A program made the position numbers and the translations under genes. Of a stretch of DNA of 64,000 nucleotides, positions 1 through 12,143 are shown piece by piece. This DNA is from Eledone cirrhosa (taxonomy: Eukaryota): contig OZ024743.1 in NCBI GenBank assembly GCA_964016885.1, forward strand, positions 200,632,001 through 200,696,000, written 5' to 3'. Position 1 is the stretch's first letter; every line of letters begins with the position of its first letter. Below the pieces are notes generated by a model. It saw only the letters and a list, made by a program, of their open reading frames with translations, was not told the DNA's origin and did no database searches.

Positions 1-283
1 TTACTTTTACACCAAGGCAACTTTGCTACACATTACTGTCGGAAACTGAAGCCTCACCTCCTCCACACATGTTATTGTGCATCTCGCATCACCTATATGT
101 CATTTGTTTACATTTTGCAAGTGATCATTGCTGTTTTCATATCAAAGTGGGTATAACAATTTTTGAGATGTTGAGGTGGGACATGAGACACAAAAGTTTT
201 ACCTTACTAGATCATGTTTCACCAAACTCAGAAAGAAATACTCGACATATTAAATCAGAGAGTAAACGGACATCTCTCTCTGC

Positions 284-399
<116 letters not shown>

Positions 400-780
400 A
401 ATATATACAATTGAATATGTTGGAAATATGAATAACAATACCTTCTCTATCCCACCAAATTAAAGACAGTGATTTCCGTAAGTTCCAACATGTACTGGGG
501 CATACCATCATTACTACCACCATCCCCTATTGTACGGGTGGGGGGGGGGGGGGGGGTGCAGAAGAACGACCAAAGATAATCAGTGCAGGGTCTTCGAAAC
601 CAACAAACAGTCAAGTGGAACAATATATCTACCAGAGCATCAACAAGTCGCCTTTGTTATTCATTTCAATCTGACGTCTGTCGTATTCAATGGCTGGGTC
701 TTGCCCGCACTCCACCATGTCATCACTTCGCCGCTCCATCACTTCATCACACCGATAAATGAAGAGGCTTGTCAGAAAGG

Positions 781-823
<43 letters not shown>

Positions 824-850
824 CATCTATGATGGAGGCGTGTTTTTTGT

Positions 851-889
<39 letters not shown>

Positions 890-1288
890 TTGTTAATCTT
901 TTATTATAACTATTCTAAGATGAGATATGAAACATTGAAGAAGATATGAAAGCTAATGAGTTCTGGAGACCAGCGACCAGTAGAGAAGCACTTGATGAAG
1001 GTTTTGAGACACAGTGAGTGAGGTTGAACGAGATAACGAAAGATAAGTTAGATTAAACATTAATAAAATGTGAGATGTTTGGGAACTAGACTCATCAAGT
1101 CAAAAGATGCACTGGAAACAATAATGATAGTGACAATAATTTCCAATACAAAACTTTGATCCTTTATTTCCTTCCTTTATCTTCATTTTATTTCTTAATC
1201 TGTATTTATCTAGTTATTTGTTTGTTAGTTCGTTTGTTTGTTTGTTGTTTATGTACTATTTTGATCCGAGATGTAAAGGCAGGTTTAT

Positions 1289-1291
<3 letters not shown>

Positions 1292-1324
<33 letters not shown>

Positions 1325-1337
1325 ACTCACTCACTCA

Positions 1338-1379
<42 letters not shown>

Positions 1380-1898
1380 CTATCTCTCTCTCTATATCTC
1401 TTTCTCTCTCATTCACGCCCCCCTCTCTCTCGCACAACCGCCTCTCTCTCTCGCACACGCCTCTCTCTCTCGCACCTCTCTCTCTCCCCCTCTCTCTCTC
1501 GCACAACCCTCTCTCTCTCGCACAACCGCCTCTCTCTCTCGCACACCCCTCTCTCTCTCTCGCACTTCTCTCTCTCCCCCTCTCTCTCTCACGCATCTCT
1601 CTCTCTCTCTCTCTCTCTCTCGCACCCCCTCTCTCTCTCCCTCTCTCTCTCCCTCTCTCTCGCACCCTCTCTCTCAATCACTCACTCACCTCTCTCTCGC
1701 ACACCTCCTCTCTCTCTCTCTCTCACCTCTCTCTCGCACCCTCCCCTCTTTCTCTCGCACCCTCCCCTCTTTCTCTCGCACCCCATCTCTCTCTCTCGCA
1801 CCCCCTCGCTCTCTCTTTCTCTCACTCACTGTCTCTTTCTCTCACTCACATCTCTCTCACTCACCTCTTTCTCGCACCCCTCTCTCTCTCGTACTCAC

Positions 1899-1930
<32 letters not shown>

Positions 1931-1935
1931 CTTTT
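1292..1935. repeat. Compound (CT)n microsatellite punctuated by CGCAC/CACT units
   Basis: ~640 bp near-pure pyrimidine + strand with recurring tctctcgcac units. Confidence 0.9.
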
Positions 1936-2257
1936 CTCCTAGACAAAAAGGTATCAAGATTAATCTGGCTCTATGACTAGTGGTTCTGTATGGAGCTGCT
2001 CACGCCAAGATATTCTTCCTGATAACTACAAATGAACGCCACTTCTGTAACCAGCTTGATAGGGTAGAGGACAACAAAGTCGAGGAATCGGCTGTTCTAA
2101 TCATGTCGTCACCCATTCTAATCTCGTTGTCGCCCATGCGGTTGTTATTTAGCCTCAGATCAATCGTGACCGAGCAGAGCCAGGACCGACGTCTGGGTAC
2201 TTAGAGCACTTGAGTAGATCTACAATGGGCGCCCCTTTCCCTCCAAACATAATAATT

Positions 2258-2440
2258 GCTTCTAATTTTGGCACAAGGCCAGCAAATACCCAGTGCATTA
2301 CTGGTACTTTATTTTATCGAGCCCGTAAGGATGAAAGGCAAAGTTAACCTCGGCGGGATTTGAACTCAGAATGGCAAGGGCCGTAACTCTATGCGTCAAA
2401 GCATGGTGTCCGACCCTCTACCGATACTGCCAATCCACCA
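2258..2440 (-). mobile_element. tRNA-derived SINE family S1 (related copies ~39720-39940, ~43555-43770, ~59900-59996)
   Basis: Recurrent core CTGGTACTTTATTTT...GGATGAAAGGCAAAGTT...GATTTGAACTCAGAA; reverse complement contains B-box-like GAGTTCAAATC. Confidence 0.7.
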
Positions 2441-2548
2441 AAATAATTTCAACTTAAAGTTTGGCAAGATGACCAGCCTAGTTTTTGACGCTTCTTTAAC
2501 CCACCCACCCCACTAAGAAAAATGACTAAGCCTACATTTTTTACTACA

Positions 2549-2782
2549 CATCCCTTACCATCCTTCGGGGAAACGCTTTCTCCATTCTGTCTGTGGGACC
2601 CCATTTGCTCACCATACGGAGAGATGGGGAGGGCAAGAGAGATGGAGGCAGTGACAGTGGGAGTTCGGCTCTTTCACGTTCGGACCATATCCTTGTGGAT
2701 GTGTTCATTAAGCAGTTAATGAGTCTGTTTATGTATTCTATGTGTGTAGTTAATTTACATATGGACTTGGTATAAAGTAAAA
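2549..2782 (+). mobile_element. 3' end of CRE-type (restriction-like endonuclease) non-LTR retrotransposon
   Basis: Close match to ~46870-47015 (GGGACCCCATTTGCTCACCATACGGAGA...GGGAGTTCGGCT); begins in the SLTILRGNAFSILS motif. Confidence 0.55.
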
Positions 2783-3686
2783 CATCCTATGTAAAATTAA
2801 CGAGAAAATTAAGAAATCATCCAGAGTATACAAAAGCCAGGTTATTAGTCTACACTAATCCACCTTATAGTTCTCTCCAACATATAGGATATTTCCACAA
2901 CGTTGGACAATGATATATTTATTGAACGTAGAAAAGTATAATATACTCAATATAATTGTACAGAATGATATGAAGCTGTAAACCTTTAATTTAATTACAC
3001 GAATTTATATAAAGCTGTGATCATTTAAGGTTCTGTAAATGATAGCACCGACTCTGAGCAGAACTATGATCAATAACATTCCAGTCTTGAACATCCTGGG
3101 ATTTATATATCACGGATTGTATTGAGGAATGTTTCATTCCGTTTATTTGTTTTCAAAGTGGTACTGTACGATTTGAATATGATTTTGGCTGCTATTTTTA
3201 GCAGGTCCATTGACTGCCGAGAGGCTTTTTCCTTCGTTAGTGCCTCATTTGTTGTCAGACAAAATTATTACAATCGGATGACAGAAATGCCACAGTCCCA
3301 ATGTTGTGATACCTTATAGCCTATAGTATGTGTTCTAAGTTGAAATCAGGGGATTGACCATGCCTTTCATCCTTTAGAAAATGAAGGATTTGCTCTTAGG
3401 TGAACTTCCAAATAGAAATAAACTCAGTAAAACGATCCCAATAATTTTCTTTATACATAAAATAAATGTGTTTATATTTGTATAAATTTTCCTTCTGCAT
3501 TTATCGTTATTGTGGTATGTGTATGGCCACAGACTTTGGTCGTTTTTCTTGGTGTTACACTTTTTAACTTTTGTGTTTACTCTGGGCGTTAAGGTATTAA
3601 CTTCTCGCTCCACTGAGTGCTTTGTGATTACCTCAAACAACTCGAATAGCATATGCTATATGGCAGCTACAACTTCAATTTATACC

Positions 3687-3741
<55 letters not shown>

Positions 3742-3954
3742 GGAGGCTTAGTAAAATCGAATCTTTGGCGGTGTGCAAGCAAACTCGACCTACTATATGA
3801 ATGAGATAGCAAAGCACTCGACAAGGTAATCATCTTCTTCCATTTATCTGAGGGTTCTAAACCCCGTTATCAAGCTAAAATTCCTTTAGTCAAAAATACG
3901 GTGAAAGCTATATATTTTCTAATTTCAAACTCGCTCACTGTTTCAAAACATACT

Positions 3955-4035
<81 letters not shown>

Positions 4036-4124
4036 AACAAAATCCTGTTGATGAAATGAATCCTCTGTTCGATCATGAATACCACGAGCTGGCCAGTTAC
4101 GTAAGTCTGATATTTGATTTCGGA

Positions 4125-4172
<48 letters not shown>

Positions 4173-4187
4173 CAAAATCCTGTTGAT

Positions 4188-5115
4188 TACCCGTATAGAA
4201 AGCCGAATGATACGCTTAATCTTAATTACATAAGTAAGCATTCCAACCATCCTGCCAGCATAACCAAAAACCTGGTAAGAAACGTTTCGTTGAGGCTTTC
4301 CCGTCTATCTACTAACGAGCATATTTTCAACGACCATTCCACTTATTACAATGAAGCTCTTGCTCGGAGTGGATTTGTCGGTAAGGTAGCATATACAGAG
4401 TACGAAAATAGACCTAGAAGAAATAGATCCCGTCGCATTTGTTGGTATAACCCACCTTATAATATGGAGGTGGCCACACCATTAGCTAAGATCTTCCTTT
4501 CCCTTATTACGAAGCATTTTCCCCCTACACATAAATATAGTAAAATTTTTAATAGAAATACTATTAAAATGTCTTACTCTACGATTCCTAACCTTGCACA
4601 TAACATCACAGCTTCAAATTTAGCTAAACTACCTAGCCGTAGGAACACGTGCAACCCTGTAGTTAGTACTAACTGTAATTGTAGGAATCGGGTTGATTTC
4701 CCCCTATCTGGGAAATGCCTCTCTAGTAACATTGTCTACAAATGTAAGGTTAAAACACCCACGTCCCGTAGGGGCTACGTAGGGTTAACCGCCAATAGAT
4801 TCAAGCAGCGTCTTTACATGCATACCCATTCTATTCGTTACCCTCTAAGAAGGAATATGACGTCACTTTCAGCTTATATCTGGAGTCTAAAAGACAATCA
4901 CACCCAATATAAGTTACACTAGGAGATCCTAGCTAGGGCTAGATCGTATAACGGAAATAAAAGACCATGTGACCTCTGCGCCGCTGAGGTCCTGGAAATA
5001 CTCTACGCCACAGACTACATCTTAAACAAAAATATCTGAGGCAATTTCGGCTTGTAAACATAAATTGCACAAAACTTTCCTGTATTACAGCCCCACGTTA
5101 TACCCTAACGGATAG
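4188..5115 (+). pseudogene. Disrupted PLE RT-thumb/GIY-YIG coding segment
   Basis: Premature TAG 4920-4922 (probable Trp position), frameshift near 5030, terminal TAG 5113-5115. Confidence 0.75.
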
Positions 5116-6052
5116 TACGATCTATACGTGGATATTTTACGTCTTGATGTGGTAGCTAAGTATATGTTTTGTTTATACCATTATTTATTTGCATAGGTAA
5201 GTATATATTACCTGTATGTTTTGTGAAGGTACGTATACTTTCTCGTACGTATATTTGATTGTATATGTCATGGCGTATAATTTTATATATTCTGGTACAT
5301 ATGGTTTGGTTATGTGTATACGGGAGTTTTGCGTCTGTGTGAGTATGCAGGTTCGTTCGTATGTTGGGTGTGTGTATATGTGTACTTCATGTTTTGGTTG
5401 ACTTAAGTCTCCGAGCATTTGTGTATTTACATGTAGCTGTGTGTGCGCTTGTTATATACGTATTTATTTATTTATATACGTTTATTTAATTATTTATTTA
5501 TTTGTATACACGCACACACGCACACACATATTTATATGTGCGTGGTTTTGTATACCTATGGTAAGTGTTTTAACGTATGCTTGTGTATGTACGTATTTAT
5601 ATGCGTGTATGTATTTATTTAATTTCTATTACCTCTGTATTGTATTTATTTACTTTATTCTTAACTCTGAAGCGGCGATTCATTCGGTCTCCTAGTTAGA
5701 ATTTTAGTCTACGACTTCTGCTATACCATTTACGTGGTTTTGTCTTTGCGTGCAATTGTTCTCCACGCTCCACATATGACGTATTATGTTCGTTTTTTTC
5801 GTTCATTGCCAGAGAACGTCTCTATGAACCACCTAAGAGAACATTGGTCTACGACTTCTTTTATACCATAAACAGGGTTCTGTCTTTGCGCGTAATTGTT
5901 TTTCACCGCTCCTATTAATGAGGTATTATATTCGTTTTTTCCCGTTCTTTGCCAGGGAACGTTTCCACGAACCAAAGTATCGTCTTCCTGTCTTCCTCCG
6001 GTTGCAACGTTTTTTGAAATATTTACTTCTGCGTTTACAGATTGACTTTGTT

Positions 6053-6103
6053 AGTTTCAGAAGATCCCGTTAAGGGTGAAAGCAGCGATTCTTTGCTTAA
6101 ACT
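6053..6103 (+). ncRNA. Putative minimal type I hammerhead ribozyme (core variant) at PLE 3' end
   Basis: AGTTT/AAACT stem I, CAGAAGA core (canonical CTGANGA), CCC/GGG stem II, GAAA, GCAG/TTGC stem III. Confidence 0.5.
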
Positions 6104-6171
6104 TTAATCTGTTATTTTAATAAATATATATATATATATATATGGATTTTAGTCTTCAAATTTATTATTAT

Positions 6172-6343
<172 letters not shown>

Positions 6344-7200
6344 TGGGTCGTGTGTGAAAGCGAGATCGCGAGATCGCGAGAGAGAGAGACATTCCAACGG
6401 TGACCATCCTTTTTTTTCTTTTCAGACAATTTATCCTTTTTTTTCTTAAGACAGTAGGATGTGATGTCAATGAGATTTGGCTGCTAAGACTAAGACTAAA
6501 TTATCGAATGTAGGAAGGAAAATTGAGCTTCTATTTGGAGAAGTGTCGAATGTTGACTCGAAACAAGACAGTTATTTATCTTCAAAAGTGGTCCCAAGTT
6601 GTTCTAGCTTGAAAATATATGTGACCTTAACCAAAGTAATGAAACAAACGATACGATAACAGAATCTAAGGATGTTAGTAGAGACTAAATTTAAGAAACT
6701 AAAATTTGTCTAAAAAAAAGTCTAAAAGAAGTTTAATATAAATATAGATGTATATCCGTCTTTCTTGGGCTAAATATTGTTGAGGCATTCATAGAAGTCC
6801 CTTAATGTATATATAAATATAAACAGCAAATATTTGCACACACTCCCCACACACCCTATAATAAAAGATAGATTAAATAAATAATTATAGAAATATAGGA
6901 AAAGGGAAAGAAAGTATAAGAAAAAAGAACTGTCTTGATGTTTAGAGCGAGAGAAAAGAGATATTGAGAGAAGAACAGAAAGTTGAGGTCGGGGGGGGGG
7001 GGTACGAGTCACAAACACAGAAGGGAAAAGAAAGAAAAAAAGTTAAAATAGAAGCACAAAGAGAAAAATACAGAGACTGGGAGAGAAGGAGAGAAGGTAA
7101 AGAATTATAGAGAAGGGCTAAAAGAGAAATACAGACATAGAGAGAGGAAGAGAAGAAGATTGAGAGTTAGAGAATAATGACAGATGACTGACATAGAGAT

Positions 7201-9172
7201 AGATTTCTTTATTTACCATAAAGGCATAAAAAGAAGGGACAAATACAAAGGGGGAGTTTACATATAATCGAGTAAAAAGGGTGTAACATGAAAATAATCG
7301 AAAATAACCTCAAAAGGGAGGGGACGTGATGGGGGTTGCACACACCCCCGAAAAAGTGTGCAATCCTTTGCCCGGGGAGCACATGGAGAAGGTGCTCCCC
7401 TCTCCTTTACTTCTTTACCTACAGGATGGTATACAGAGAAGGCCCATTTACACGAGCCATTCTCGCCACTATCACCCACCTTTCATAAAACTGCCTGTGG
7501 CCAAGCACCTCTCTCTCCATTCTTATCCTTCTTCCGAAGTGATATCGGAAGAAGTAGACCAGACTATGGTCAGAGAGGAAGTTGCCTGACCTCAGACCTT
7601 TCAATCGTGTCCACCAAACAACCTCTTTCAACATGGCTATTACGCACAGAAAAACCGCCTTTGCTTCCTTTGTGAAGAGGGGAGGCGGTTTGATTGTCAT
7701 CACGGACTCGGCGGTCAATTTAATCGGCGCCACCCGCGACAGCAGTTGTTCGGCGTAGCCCCACAGATCAGCCACGCCCGGACATTGCACCAATGCGTGC
7801 GCCACGGTTTCTTCGTGACGCACGCATCTAGGGCAAATCTTTTTTGAGGGATCCCTGCCCGGGCGCCCGTGTCTGTAGAGCCTCTCTCGAACGGGTAGAG
7901 CCCCTCGGTAGCACTGCCAGGCCAGTGACTTCTGGAAGTTGTCCATTGGTCCTGGGCCGAAAGTCCTACCGAACAGGCTGGCCAGTTCGTCTTCTTCCAT
8001 GTCCAGCGACTCTCCAAGGGTGTCATCGCCCCTGCTAGCCACCAGCCCTCTATAGAATGATGAGGTGGATTCTCCACCGATGGCCCGGCCCGCTTGCCAG
8101 AGAGCCCTGAGCGCCTGAGCACACTCAGTGTGCCAGTCTCCCAGTTTTCCGGATCTTTGCTTGACCCAGGACTGTAGCTCGGTGAGTGAGACGAGTCTCG
8201 GAAAGGCTCGTTTCACGAACGGAGCCCACACCGGTTGACCAGTGAGGAATACCTGTAGGTGCCGTAGCCTTAATGCGTGCCTACGCATCATCAACCACGG
8301 CATCCCCAGCCCTCCTTTCGAAGGTTGTTGGCAGCAGATGGATCTTCTCACCATAGGAGGACGCTTCTTCCAAAGAAATTGGAAGAGCATGCGTTCCATG
8401 GTGGTGAGTGTTTCCTTAGGGCAAGGCACGACAGTCAGGCGGTAGTAAGTGACGGACGCTATGTAAATGTTCGCCACCTCCGCCCGGCCTTTTAGGGACA
8501 GCTTACACTTGGCCCATTTCTGGGTTAGTGCAAACACCTTGTTCGTAACCTCGTTCCAGTTCTTTTCCACCTGGAGGTCCGGTCCAAACCAGACCCCAAG
8601 CAACTTTACCGGGCCCTCCGTCCAGTGTCCGACGACACCGTCAGGAGGCATCGGTTTGCCTCTCCACGTTCCGAGTTGCAGCCCGATGGATTTTTCCCGG
8701 TTCAGTTTCGCTCCTGACAACCTTTCGTACTCCTCCAGTAAGGTACCGATCGCCTCGATCTCCGAGTCGGTTGATACCATTACTGTTACGTCATCGGCGT
8801 AGGCCGACACCGCTTTGCTCAATCCTGGTTCCAGGGGGGTACCCTGCAACAACTCCAATTTCCTCAGTAAAGGCTCGAGAGTCAATACGTACAGAAGGGA
8901 GGAGAGAGGGCACCCCTGTCGAATGGATCGTGTGATTTCGAACGGCTTCGAAAGGTAGCCGTTCACCTTGATCCTAGAACAGATGTGGTTGCTATGTAGG
9001 GCAGTGATCCAGCCTCTGAAAACAGGACCGAACCCAGCCGCCGCTAGCACCGCATCCAGGTAACCATGGTCGACCCTATCGAAGGCCTTAGACTGATCCA
9101 AGTTGATCAGGGCCCCACCGAAGCCGGGTTTGTTGCCAACCCTCTCTATGATGTATCGCATGAGGTGGAGGC
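7201..9172 (-). mobile_element. 5'-truncated L1/Tx1-clade LINE, copy A
   Basis: RT motifs LDQSKAFDRVDH, RQGCPLS, AYADD; C-terminal CPRC..EETVAHALVQC zinc knuckle; 3' UTR ends AATAAAGAAAT at a (CTAT/CTGT) tract. Confidence 0.92.
7419..9170 (-). CDS. Uninterrupted C-terminal ~580 aa of Tx1/L1 ORF2 (RT + zf-RVT-like); true N-terminus lost
   Basis: ORF 7419..9242 in the track; its first ~24 codons come from the neighbouring element 3' end and microsatellite. Confidence 0.8.
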   Translation of the reverse strand, partial: LHLMRYIIERVGNKPGFGGALINLDQSKAFDRVDHGYLDAVLAAAGFGPVFRGWITALHSNHICSRIKVNGYLSKPFEITRSIRQGCPLSSLLYVLTLEPLLRKLELLQGTPLEPGLSKAVSAYADDVTVMVSTDSEIEAIGTLLEEYERLSGAKLNREKSIGLQLGTWRGKPMPPDGVVGHWTEGPVKLLGVWFGPDLQVEKNWNEVTNKVFALTQKWAKCKLSLKGRAEVANIYIASVTYYRLTVVPCPKETLTTMERMLFQFLWKKRPPMVRRSICCQQPSKGGLGMPWLMMRRHALRLRHLQVFLTGQPVWAPFVKRAFPRLVSLTELQSWVKQRSGKLGDWHTECAQALRALWQAGRAIGGESTSSFYRGLVASRGDDTLGESLDMEEDELASLFGRTFGPGPMDNFQKSLAWQCYRGALPVRERLYRHGRPGRDPSKKICPRCVRHEETVAHALVQCPGVADLWGYAEQLLSRVAPIKLTAESVMTIKPPPLFTKEAKAVFLCVIAMLKEVVWWTRLKGLRSGNFLSDHSLVYFFRYHFGRRIRMEREVLGHRQFYERWVIVARMARVNGPSLYTIL

Positions 9173-9194
9173 ACAGACAGACAGACAGATAGAT

Positions 9195-9812
9195 ATATTT
9201 CTTTATTAGCCACAGGGGCACAAAAGAAGGGGACAAGTACAAAGGGGGAAGTTTACATACAATAAAAACGTGTAAAATGTTATCACAAATGGAATTTAAA
9301 AAGTTAGTCGATTTTCCCCAATAGAGGGAGACAGTTTATATGGGTAACACATACCCCCGAAAAAAAATGTGCAACCCTCATCTCCAGGAGTACGAAGAGT
9401 TTGTACTCCTTTCCTCTCCTCCTCCTTTTCCTCAACCTACAGGCTGATATAGAGAGAAGGCCCATTCACTCGGGCCATTCTCGCCACTTTCACCCACCTT
9501 CCATAAAACTTGCTGGGGTACAGCACCTCTCTCTCCATCCTGATTCTTCTTCCAAAGTGGTATTTGAAAAAAAGAATCAGTTGTTGGCCGGAGAGAAAGG
9601 TGTCTGACCTCAGCCCTTTCAACCTTGTCCACCATACAACCTCTTTCGCCATAGCTATCACACAAAGGAAAACCGCCTCTCCTTCGTTTTTGAAGGAGGG
9701 TGGCGGTTTGATCATGACAATGGACTCGGTGGTCAACTGGACTGGTCCCACCCGCGACAATAGTCGTTCTACATAGCCCCACAGGTCAGTGACGCCCGGG
9801 CAGTGTATGAAA
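9195..9812 (-). mobile_element. Tx1-clade LINE 3' fragment, copy B
   Basis: HCPGVTDLWGY...AKEVVWWTRLKGL...NGPSLYISL homologous to copy A C-terminus; ends AATAAAGAAAT+(CTAT)(CTGT)n. Confidence 0.9.
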
Positions 9813-9813
9813 C

Positions 9814-9888
<75 letters not shown>

Positions 9889-9944
9889 CAGATAGATAGA
9901 TATATAGACAGACAGACAGACAGATAGACAGACAGACAGATAGA

Positions 9945-10488
9945 TATATTTCTTTATTAGCCACAGGGGCACAAAAGAAGGGGACAAATACAAAGGGGGA
10001 AGTTTACATACAATAAAAACGTGTAAAATGTTATCACAGATGGAATTTAAAAGTTAGTCGATTTTCCCCAATAGAGGGAGACAGTTTATATGGGTAACAC
10101 AGACCCCCGAAAAAAATGTGCAACCCTCATCTCCAGGAGTACGAAGAGCTTGTACTCCTTTCCTCTCCTCCTCCTTTTCCTCAACCTACAGGCTGATATA
10201 GAGAGAAGGCCCATTCACTCGGGCCATTCTCGCCACTTTCACCCACCTTTCATAAAACTTGCTGGGGTACAGCACCTCTCTCTCCATCCTGATTCTTCTT
10301 CCAAAGTGGTATTTGAAAAAAAGAATCAGTTGTTGGCCGGAGAGAAAGGTGTCTGACCTCAGCCCTTTCAACCTTGTCCACCATACAACCTCTTTCGCCA
10401 TAGCTATCACACAAAGGAAAACCGCCTCTCCTTCGGGTGGCGGTTTGATCATGACAATGGACTCGGTGGTCAACTGGATTGGTCCCAC
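9945..10488 (-). mobile_element. Tx1-clade LINE 3' fragment, copy C
   Basis: Near-identical to copy B, with scattered substitutions, a 12-bp in-frame deletion and a different 5' truncation point. Confidence 0.9.
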
Positions 10489-10584
10489 AGACAGATAGAT
10501 AGATAGACAGACAGACAGATAGATAGATATATAGACAGACAGATATATAGACAGACAGACAGACAGATAGACAGACAGACAGAC

Positions 10585-10621
<37 letters not shown>

Positions 10622-11173
10622 CTTGGGGAGCTAAAGAGACGAAGGAGAGTAAGTGTGAGATGAGACAGAACAGAGAGAGAGAGAGGAGGAGAGAGAGATG
10701 GGGGGAGAGAGAGAGATAGATAGAGAGAGATAGAGAGAGATGCAAATAGAGACATAGAATGAGGGAAGAAATCAGACACAGAGGGGAACTTATTTTTTTC
10801 TTTCTTATGTTGAAAACTTAAGACAGATTGCACATTATCATTATGAAGATTTTTTCCCGCCTCGAGCATATATCGCTTATCTTGGCAATCAATTGTATAT
10901 AACTGTTTCCGCTTTAGGCCTTTGCTTCTCAGCGGCCATGTCGAATTTGACAATTTGAGATACCATATTGCTTGCATGTAACATTGAACTTATCTCTACT
11001 CTCAATCTCTATGTATGTAAATATGTATGAATGTATGTATGCATGTATATAGGTATATATGTATGTATGCATGTATGTAAGTAGGGATGTATGTATGTAT
11101 GTGCGTGTGTACATGCATGTATGTATGTACGTATGTATGATGTATGAATCTATGTATACAAGTAGGTGCGTGC

Positions 11174-11238
<65 letters not shown>

Positions 11239-11242
<4 letters not shown>

Positions 11243-12096
11243 ATATATAAGCATATACTTATATATATATATATTTATATATATATATATATGTGTGTAT
11301 GTATGTATGTATTTACACAGACACGCATATATATTTCATACATACATACATGCATGCGTACATACATACATACATACATACATACATACATGCATACATG
11401 CATACATACATACATACATACATACATACATACATACATACATACATACATACATACATACATTTATCGCTTCGCTCGGGCTATGTAATCAAAGGCAGTG
11501 ACATTCATGTCAAATTGTTGTTTTTAACTGTTCAGTCTGCTTTCTGTGGATTCTTACAACCAGTGAGGGGAAAATAAATATATGTTGCTTATGTTCAGCA
11601 AGTGCAAACAGTCTTTGGGTTTCTACTTCATCTACATCATCTACAAAAGGGCAAAGGAGCTCTTAAGAGTCAATGGCCATCTAAAATCACCGGGAGAGAT
11701 GACCCCTTAGCCTTTGTCAAGGCAGAATTCTAGGAGAAGGAAAACTCTGATATAACACCTGCAACCCTGATGGTATCCAATGATGTTGACTTGTTCTTCT
11801 TTTTGGTAAATATCATCTTGGTTAAGAGAGTGGGACTGGCTTTGTGCATTGCCTTTGCTCACTATAAAAGCTTCACAGCACAGGCATTGCTTTATATCTG
11901 GAGATCTCTCTGCACTTGTCATCACGTGGTACCATGGGCCCAACACTATGTGTCAATAATTGTCACAAGTGTAGTGATTGTGCCAGTTTTCAAGTCGCTG
12001 GCTGGACTAAAAAGTCACACTCGTTCAGCGCATCGGTAGGGGTTCTCCTACATGGATATAAAGTAGTGGCCATACTCGAAAACGAGTTGGCAGCCA

Positions 12097-12143
<47 letters not shown>

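Larger units (their letters stand above)
4188..6125 (+). mobile_element. 5'-truncated Penelope-like retroelement (RT thumb, Cys linker, C-terminal GIY-YIG endonuclease, long 3' UTR) embedded in (TA)n
   Basis: Translation YRKP..SNHP, WYNPPY, KHFP..KIFNRNTIKMSYS, CNC..PLSGKC, NIVY..YVGLT..FKQR..H, CDLC, LNK..SE..CKH; 3' end AATAAA then (TA)n. Confidence 0.85.

Noticed and set aside
947-949. In-frame TGA as selenocysteine codon
   Set aside because: No recognisable selenoprotein motif or SECIS identified; the exon itself is unconfirmed
4056-4187. N-terminus of the 288-aa ORF
   Set aside because: Crosses a (TA)n tract and precedes the PLE truncation point
9173-9242. N-terminus of the 607-aa ORF as a real start
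   Set aside because: Read-through from the 3' UTR of Tx1 copy B and the microsatellite; the element is 5'-truncated
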